A stretch of 64,000 nt of DNA from Bacteroidales bacterium (GTDB lineage: Bacteria; Bacteroidota; Bacteroidia; Bacteroidales; ML635J-15): the NCBI GenBank assembly GCA_045112395.1, contig JBGUHW010000021.1, forward strand, positions 4,482 through 68,481, written 5' to 3'. Position numbers and translations under genes: made by a program. This document shows, piece after piece, positions 58,516-64,000 of the stretch. The notes under the pieces were generated by a model. The model had not been told where the DNA came from. It saw nothing but the letters and a program-made list of their open reading frames with translations, and did no database searches. The number at the start of each line of letters is the position of its first letter. Positions within the stretch are counted from its first letter, which is position 1.

Positions 58516-59559
58516 ATGGACATTGAACAGAAAGATATTCGCAGTTTGTCGTTGACGGAACTTGAAGCTTTTATTGTCGGCATTGGCGAAAAGAAATTCA
58601 GGGCATCGCAGATATTGGAATGGATATGGAAGAAGGGCGCTGTCAGTTTCGACGACATGAGCAATCTTCCAAAACCTTTGCGCGACAAGTTGTCAGTAAG
58701 TTTCAGATTCGGGAATGTTGTGTGCGTATATTCGGTTGCATCGGTAGATGGGACGCGCAAGTTTTTGTTCGAGACAGCCGACAGTTATCGTTTCGAGGGA
58801 GTTTTGATTCCCAGTGCCGACAGGGTAACTGCTTGCATATCGACGCAAGTCGGTTGCCAGATGGGATGTGCATTCTGCGCTACAGGGCAACTCGGATTCA
58901 AGCGCAATTTAACGTCGGGCGAAATTTTTCATCAGGTATTTTCATTGAATAGGCTTTCGGAAGAATCGTTCGGTTTTCCGTTGTCAAACATCGTCATCAT
59001 GGGTATGGGCGAACCGCTTATGAACTACGAAAATACGCTCTCGGCAATCAATATGATATGTTCGGCACAATCGTTGGGAATGTCGCCGCAGCGTATAACC
59101 ATGTCGACTTGCGGCATTGCTCCTCAAATCAAGCATTTGGCCGACGACGGTATACGTTTCAACCTTTCCATATCGCTTCATTCGGCAATTGACAGCAAAC
59201 GCAACGAAATCATGCCTATAAACCGCAAGTATAACCTTACGGAACTTTCGGAAGCGATAAGGTATTTCCACGAAAAGACCAGCACAAGAATCACATACGA
59301 ATATCTTATGCTTGGCGGAGTTAACGACAGCCTTGATGATGCCCGCGCGCTGACAGAATTTACAAAAGTTTCGCCATGCAAGATTAACATCATCGAGTAC
59401 AATCCACACCCCGGAGATACATTCCGAAGGACCAACAGCGATGTTTTAGAAAAATTTATAAGGCATATTGAATGCTGTAATATTGTGGTAACTGTAAGAA
59501 AATCAAAAGGTATGGACATCGCTGCGGCATGTGGTCAACTTGCAAATATGAAAAAATAA
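58516..59559 (+). CDS. rlmN: 23S rRNA/tRNA (adenine-C2)-methyltransferase RlmN (radical SAM)
   Basis: FRASQILEWIW, CQMGCAFCATG and MGMGEP motifs. Confidence 0.9.
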   Translation: MDIEQKDIRSLSLTELEAFIVGIGEKKFRASQILEWIWKKGAVSFDDMSNLPKPLRDKLSVSFRFGNVVCVYSVASVDGTRKFLFETADSYRFEGVLIPSADRVTACISTQVGCQMGCAFCATGQLGFKRNLTSGEIFHQVFSLNRLSEESFGFPLSNIVIMGMGEPLMNYENTLSAINMICSAQSLGMSPQRITMSTCGIAPQIKHLADDGIRFNLSISLHSAIDSKRNEIMPINRKYNLTELSEAIRYFHEKTSTRITYEYLMLGGVNDSLDDARALTEFTKVSPCKINIIEYNPHPGDTFRRTNSDVLEKFIRHIECCNIVVTVRKSKGMDIAAACGQLANMKK

Positions 59560-59618
59560 TTTTCGCTATTCAAAAAAATATATATCTTCGCACCTTATTT
59601 ACGTAAATAGTTTTTGAG

Positions 59619-61193
59619 ATGAAAAAAATATTTTTGTTTGTTCTAACGGTTTGCCTGTGCGTTGCAGTTAATGCGCAGCAGAAACCAACTGCCAATTTCG
59701 GATATGACAAGGACATAGAACTTGCAGAAGGCAACGACTATGTAAGGATGATTGGTGGCGATTCAGACGGATTCTTCGCCATTAGGATGGATGCAGAGGA
59801 TAAGTTGTGGCTCGAATATTTCAATGCCGCATCGCTCGTAAGGGAATCGTCAGCGCAGATAATTCTTCCTGTTGTCGATGGAAACCAGACCGAATATGTA
59901 GAGTCTTTCTATGTTGACGGACAAGTGGTTCTGTTTACTCAGGTCGAAGATTTCCTGAAGAAGGAAAAACTTTTGTACATACAGGAACTCGGCAAGAGCG
60001 GACAGGTGATGGGCGAACCACGAGTTATCGGTAAGCTTACAAACCAGAACATGTCGGCAGACTTCAATGTATGCCTTACACCTAACGGACAGAATATGTT
60101 CGTATGGTACAATCGTCCGTTCCAGACATACAACGAAGAGCCGTTCTATTTCAAGATGTACAATTCGAACCTTAGGGAAGTGTACAACAAGCAGGTTAAG
60201 CTTCCGCTTGTAGGTCAGGCATTTGCAATCGAAGACATAAAGATAACCAACAGTGGAAGCGTATATATGCTTGTCCGCATAAGCCCGACTGAGGCTCAGT
60301 TGCAGAAGATGAAAATCATAACCTACGACTACAAGATGCTTGTATTCAATCCTGCAATGGAAGACATTACAACATTTGATGTCAAGGACAAGAAATTGGT
60401 TCTCGTTGATGCAATTTTTGGAATCGACGACAACGACAACATTGATGTTTACGGATTCCTTGTACCTAAGGGCAAGACAACCTATCAGGCAATATTCCAT
60501 CAGAAATACGATGTAAAGGAAAAGAAACCGATTAACGCAAGAGATTCGAAGAAGGGTATTTATACATTCCAGAAGACCGAAATTCCTGCTTTCAATGCAG
60601 AGCGTCTCAACAAGATTATGGATCAGAAGTACGACTATCAGCTTCTCAATGTCCTTTATCTTTCCGATGGTGGTTCGGTTGTTGTTGCCGAGCACAAAAA
60701 CTACTGGAAGGATTCAATATTCGACCCGCAGACAAGAGAAACCATTTTCAACGAATATTATCGTTTCAACGATGTATTGGTTGCATATACCAGTCCTCTT
60801 AACAATATGGAATGGATGGTTAGAATTCCTAAGAGCCAGTACAGCTGGAACGACTATGGAAAGTACTCGTCCGTTGCAACTTACGCTATTGGCGAGAAGG
60901 TTTTCCTCTTCTACAACGACAATGCTAAGAACCTGACAAATCTTGAGGCAGGCGAATCGAAGGCAAACCTCAATGGCGACAAGTACAAGGAAGCAACATC
61001 ACCCGACCGCAATGGTTTTGCAATTGCAGTTTCCATTTTCTCCGATGGAGCAGTTTCCGGCCAGGCATTGTTCCCCAAGAGCAACAAGAAGAGCAAGATC
61101 ATCCCCGAACTTTTCCAGGAATACAACGGAACGCATTACATGTTTACACGTAATGCTAAGAAATGCAAGTTCGCAATGTTTAATCCCGAATAG
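59619..61193 (+). CDS. Hypothetical secreted 524-aa protein
   Basis: Signal peptide (AVNAQQ). Beta-rich sequence. No family recognised. Confidence 0.65.
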   Translation: MKKIFLFVLTVCLCVAVNAQQKPTANFGYDKDIELAEGNDYVRMIGGDSDGFFAIRMDAEDKLWLEYFNAASLVRESSAQIILPVVDGNQTEYVESFYVDGQVVLFTQVEDFLKKEKLLYIQELGKSGQVMGEPRVIGKLTNQNMSADFNVCLTPNGQNMFVWYNRPFQTYNEEPFYFKMYNSNLREVYNKQVKLPLVGQAFAIEDIKITNSGSVYMLVRISPTEAQLQKMKIITYDYKMLVFNPAMEDITTFDVKDKKLVLVDAIFGIDDNDNIDVYGFLVPKGKTTYQAIFHQKYDVKEKKPINARDSKKGIYTFQKTEIPAFNAERLNKIMDQKYDYQLLNVLYLSDGGSVVVAEHKNYWKDSIFDPQTRETIFNEYYRFNDVLVAYTSPLNNMEWMVRIPKSQYSWNDYGKYSSVATYAIGEKVFLFYNDNAKNLTNLEAGESKANLNGDKYKEATSPDRNGFAIAVSIFSDGAVSGQALFPKSNKKSKIIPELFQEYNGTHYMFTRNAKKCKFAMFNPE

Positions 61194-61212
61194 AAAATTA
61201 TTTCGTGATAAG

Positions 61213-61239
61213 AAAAGGACGGCGTAAGTCGTCCTTTTT
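61213..61239 (+). terminator. Intrinsic terminator after the 524-aa gene
   Basis: aaaaggacg/cgtcctttt stem plus T-run. Confidence 0.85.
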
Positions 61240-61252
61240 AAATTTACACCAA

Positions 61253-61365
61253 AAATTCTCAAATTCTCAAATCATCAAATTATCGAATGATTGAATTGTT
61301 AAATCATTGAATTATTGAATCATCAAATTTTCAAATTTTCAAATATTTCAAATCTTTGAATCATT
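61253..61365. repeat. Degenerate tandem array, 8-bp units (RAATNWTY), 12 in strict register then a +1 slip and 2 more
   Basis: aaattctc aaattctc aaatcatc aaattatc gaatgatt gaattgtt aaatcatt gaattatt gaatcatc aaattttc aaattttc aaatattt | c aaatcttt gaatcatt. Confidence 0.85.
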
Positions 61366-61427
61366 CTTTCCTCATATCGAAATTCAACAGCTACAACCAT
61401 GCTGAAGCTGAGCGTAGAGCAAGCATC

Positions 61428-61973
61428 ATGTTGTCCGATTTTCAGCGGATGTATTTTGCACAGTATTATGCAAATCCGTTTCCGTTGCGCAAGTCGGCTG
61501 TGCTGATATTGCTGTTTGTCCGTGATGGCAGGCTGAAGACGATAATGATTGAGCGCACCGATGTAGGCGTGCATGCGGGACAGGTTTCGTTTCCGGGAGG
61601 CAAGGCTGAACCTGGCGATGTCGACAGCATCGACACGGCATTGCGAGAGACGGTGGAAGAAATTGGCATTGAGGTAGGTCGTGACGATGTTGTTGGCGAA
61701 TTGCCGCCAGTGAAGGTGCCTGTTAGCAAGTTCGAGATTTTCCCGTTGGTGGCATTTGTCGAGGAGGTTGGTGACATTGTTCTTTCCGAAAACGAGGTAA
61801 AGCGGGTGCTTGAGGTCGATTTGGCGGATTTGAAAGCATCGTTTTCCACCCGTCCGGTTACCGTAGCTGGTAAGCAGTACGAAGTGCCGAGTTATGTTTG
61901 TGGCAGTTCGGTGGTATGGGGCGCCTCGGCGATGATTCTAGCCGAGCTATTTGCGGTGGTAGGAGAACTCTAG
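61428..61973 (+). CDS. NUDIX hydrolase, CoA-pyrophosphatase-like
   Basis: Nudix box GGKAEPGDVDSIDTALRETVEEIGI. Start placed at ATG 61428, because the track TTG 61356 lies inside the repeat array. Confidence 0.8.
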   Translation: MLSDFQRMYFAQYYANPFPLRKSAVLILLFVRDGRLKTIMIERTDVGVHAGQVSFPGGKAEPGDVDSIDTALRETVEEIGIEVGRDDVVGELPPVKVPVSKFEIFPLVAFVEEVGDIVLSENEVKRVLEVDLADLKASFSTRPVTVAGKQYEVPSYVCGSSVVWGASAMILAELFAVVGEL

Positions 61974-61980
61974 CCATCAC

Positions 61981-62255
61981 TTCGATTCATTGAATCCTCA
62001 AATCCTTGAACATTGAACCCTTAACCTTAACCCTTAAACCTTGAACTTTAAACCAGAAACATAGAAACGTGAAACATAGAAACGTGAAACCTTGAACCTT
62101 AAACAAAGAAACCCAGAACCGGGCGTCAGCCCATTAAACGCCGCAGGCACAGAAACGGCGTAGCCTTTGAACATTGAACCCAGAAACCTGAAACGGCGCT
62201 AGCCCTTGAAACCCAGAAACGGGCGTCAGCCCATTAAACGGCGTAGCCATTAACA
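61981..62255. repeat. Composite degenerate array: 7-8-bp units (TTGAACC/TTAAACC/AGAAACG) followed by six AAAC-plus-GC-mini-palindrome modules
   Basis: Contains an exact 15-bp tandem duplication (62061-62075 and 62076-62090). A 33-bp repeat with 1 mismatch lies exactly 100 bp apart (62108-62140 and 62208-62240). Confidence 0.75.
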
Positions 62256-62318
62256 CCGCTTGTTAAAAAATAGGCATTACAAATCATGCTATACAACATT
62301 TTGTGTCTAACTTTTACA

Positions 62319-62326
62319 TATTTTTG
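62319..62326 (+). promoter_or_regulatory. -7 box-like TAttTTTG upstream of the NifU-like gene
   Basis: TAnnTTTG 69 nt before ATG 62395, but immediately followed by a hairpin plus T-run. Confidence 0.25.
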
Positions 62327-62327
62327 C

Positions 62328-62352
62328 AATAGTCGGAAGACTATTATTTTTT
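62328..62352 (+). terminator. Perfect 7-bp hairpin (aatagtc-GGAA-gactatt) followed by ATTTTTT
   Basis: Read directly. Could terminate a transcript coming through the 61981-62255 array, or act as a leader element. Confidence 0.5.
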
Positions 62353-62394
62353 ACGATGTAACTCAAACTGCTAACATTTAAAATATTACGATTT

Positions 62395-63096
62395 ATGATT
62401 TATTCACACGAAGTGCAACACATGTGTTGCGTGAAAAAAGGTCCGAATCACGGTCCGGCTCCCATTCCCGAAGAAGGCAAATGGGTAAAGGTCAAGGAAG
62501 TAAAGGACATATCTGGCTTGACACACGGCATTGGCTGGTGCGCACCACAGCAGGGAGCCTGCAAGCTCACTCTCAATGTAAAGGATGGTATTATCGAGGA
62601 AGCATTGGTTGAAACTATCGGATGCTCGGGCATGACACACTCGGCAGCAATGGCAGGTGAAATCCTTGTCGGAAAGACTTTGCTCGAAGCTCTCAACACC
62701 GACCTCGTATGCGATGCCATCAATACCGCAATGCGCGAACTTTTCCTGCAGATTGTTTACGGACGCACCCAGTCGGCTTTCTCCGAAGGTGGCCTTGTAA
62801 TCGGTGCCGGACTAGAAGACTTAGGCAAGGGCCTTCGTTCGCAGATTGCAACAATGTTTGCTACCAAGGAAAAAGGTGTTCGCTACCTTGAAATGGCCGA
62901 AGGTTATGTAACAAAGATTGCTCTCGACGAAGACGATGAAGTTTGTGGTTACGAATTTGTTCGCCTCGGCGTTATGATGGACCTCATAAAGAAAGGTACC
63001 GATGCAAACGAAGCACTAAAGAAGGCAACTGCAAGTTATGGTCGTTTCTCAAAGGAACAGGGCGCAGTGAAATTCATAGACCCGAGAATCGAATAA
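62395..63096 (+). CDS. NifU/IscU N-terminal-domain-like Fe-S scaffold-like protein
   Basis: 233 aa. GIGWCAPQQGACKLTLNVKDGIIEEALVETIGCSGMTHSAAMAGE resembles the IscU/NifU-N Cys pattern. Confidence 0.7.
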   Translation: MIYSHEVQHMCCVKKGPNHGPAPIPEEGKWVKVKEVKDISGLTHGIGWCAPQQGACKLTLNVKDGIIEEALVETIGCSGMTHSAAMAGEILVGKTLLEALNTDLVCDAINTAMRELFLQIVYGRTQSAFSEGGLVIGAGLEDLGKGLRSQIATMFATKEKGVRYLEMAEGYVTKIALDEDDEVCGYEFVRLGVMMDLIKKGTDANEALKKATASYGRFSKEQGAVKFIDPRIE

Positions 63097-63124
63097 AAAT
63101 AGACAATTGATAATTGATAATTGG

Positions 63125-63150
63125 TAGCATCGTGCCATGGCGCGATGCTA
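63125..63150 (+). other. Intercistronic hairpin between the NifU-like and GGGtGRT genes
   Basis: tagcatcg/cgatgcta 8-bp stem with a 10-nt loop. Flanked by outer inverted words ataattggt / accaattat and short 7-8-bp repeats. Confidence 0.5.
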
Positions 63151-63192
63151 AAAAAACAAACCAATTATTAATTAAATTAAATTAAAAAGATT

Positions 63193-64000
63193 ATGATTAG
63201 GGAAGTAAAATTTGAAAGTCAAGAACGCCGCATGGAGAACATTACCAAGGTTCTCAATTCATACGGCATAGCTTCTATTGAAGAAGCAAACAAGATATGC
63301 GACCAGTACGGAATCGACCCTTACCTCGAATGCGAACAGACACAAAACATCTGCTTCGAGAATGCAAAGTGGGCTTACGTTGTTGGTGCAGCAATAGCAA
63401 TTAAGAAAGGATGCAAGACCGCAGCTGAAGCCGCTGAGGCAATCGGAGAAGGTCTGCAGGCATTCTGCATAAAAGGTTCTGTAGCCGACGACCGTAAAGT
63501 TGGCCGCGGACATGGTAACTTGGCAGCTCGTCTGCTGAGCGAAGAAACACAGTGCTTTGCTTTCCTCGCAGGTCACGAATCTTTTGCTGCTGCCGAAGGT
63601 GCAATTAAGATTGCCGAAATGGCAAACAAAGTACGCAAGAATCCGCTCCGCGTAATCCTTAACGGACTTGGCAAGGATGCTGCAATGATAATTTCGCGAA
63701 TCAATGGTTTCACATACGTTCAAACCGAGTTCGACTACTACTCAGGCGAACTTAAGGAAGTACGCCGCAAGGCTTATTCCAATGGACCGCGTGCAAAGGT
63801 CAACTGCTATGGTGCCGATGATGTTCGCGAAGGCGTTGCTATTATGTGGAAGGAAGATGTCGACGTGTCAATTACTGGCAACTCGACCAACCCGACCCGT
63901 TTCCAGCACCCAGTTGCAGGTACATACAAGAAGGAAAGAATACTTGCTGGCAAGAAGTATTTCTCGGTGGCATCGGGCGGTGGAACAGGCCGTACTCTTC
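63193..64000 (+). CDS. GGGtGRT-family protein (function unknown); C-terminus lies outside the window
   Basis: Not in the supplied ORF track. Hand translation from ATG 63193 is open for 269 codons to the window edge and ends ...KKYFSVASGGGTGRTL, the family's signature motif. Confidence 0.8.
   Translation, partial: MIREVKFESQERRMENITKVLNSYGIASIEEANKICDQYGIDPYLECEQTQNICFENAKWAYVVGAAIAIKKGCKTAAEAAEAIGEGLQAFCIKGSVADDRKVGRGHGNLAARLLSEETQCFAFLAGHESFAAAEGAIKIAEMANKVRKNPLRVILNGLGKDAAMIISRINGFTYVQTEFDYYSGELKEVRRKAYSNGPRAKVNCYGADDVREGVAIMWKEDVDVSITGNSTNPTRFQHPVAGTYKKERILAGKKYFSVASGGGTGRTL

Noticed and set aside
59850-60695. 281-aa minus-strand ORF
   Set aside because: It is antisense to the 524-aa secreted-protein ORF, which has a signal peptide, a matching terminator and more gene-like composition.
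61981-62255. CRISPR array interpretation of the periodic tracts (also 35333-35532 and 61253-61365)
   Set aside because: The units are 7-8 bp with no unique spacers between them, and the longest repeated element (33 bp) occurs only twice. There is no leader/cas context in the window.
63259-63723. 154-aa minus-strand ORF listed in the track at the right end
   Set aside because: It is the shadow of the plus-strand GGGtGRT-family gene (63193 onward), which has the diagnostic motif and a coherent sequence.

Overview
This 64-kb chromosomal segment reads as Bacteroidota, probably Bacteroidales-like. The evidence is TAnnTTTG -7 boxes 20-45 nt upstream of many start codons, a TonB-dependent receptor/DUF4249 pair, a T9SS-type C-terminal sorting tail, TPR/PD40/OmpA envelope proteins, and dnaN followed by a DEDDh exonuclease. 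I call 53 protein genes, two of them cut by the window edges. Most are housekeeping: pepD', dxs, dnaN, efp, pruA, aroK, pyrH-frr, manA, udk, xth, greA, mpl, uxs, deoC, rimP-nusA-infB, dusB, rlmN. I recognised no rRNA, tRNA, CRISPR array, transposase, integrase or cas gene. All protein calls come from motif and architecture recognition by eye; no search was run. Items worth a second look: (1) A tightly packed outer-membrane triad at 36.6-45.7 kb: an oversized TonB-receptor-like barrel, a 1383-aa secreted giant with a T9SS-like tail, and a PorV/PorQ-like barrel. (2) A NifU-like gene followed by a GGGtGRT-family gene at the right edge. The ORF track omits the second gene because it runs off the window. 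(3) Several intergenic spacers built almost entirely from degenerate tandem arrays with a strict 8-bp (sometimes 7-bp) register. One fills the whole stop-to-stop gap between two convergent genes, and two flank a Nudix gene. (4) Two diverged, oppositely oriented copies of a ~160-bp inverted-repeat-bounded structured element with compensatory stem changes. (5) A promoter-proximal intrinsic terminator in front of rimP-nusA-infB. (6) An A9 run positioned so that a +1 slip would fuse two tandem Wzz-like paralogs. (7) A low-GC lipoprotein islet bracketed by 22-bp direct repeats.
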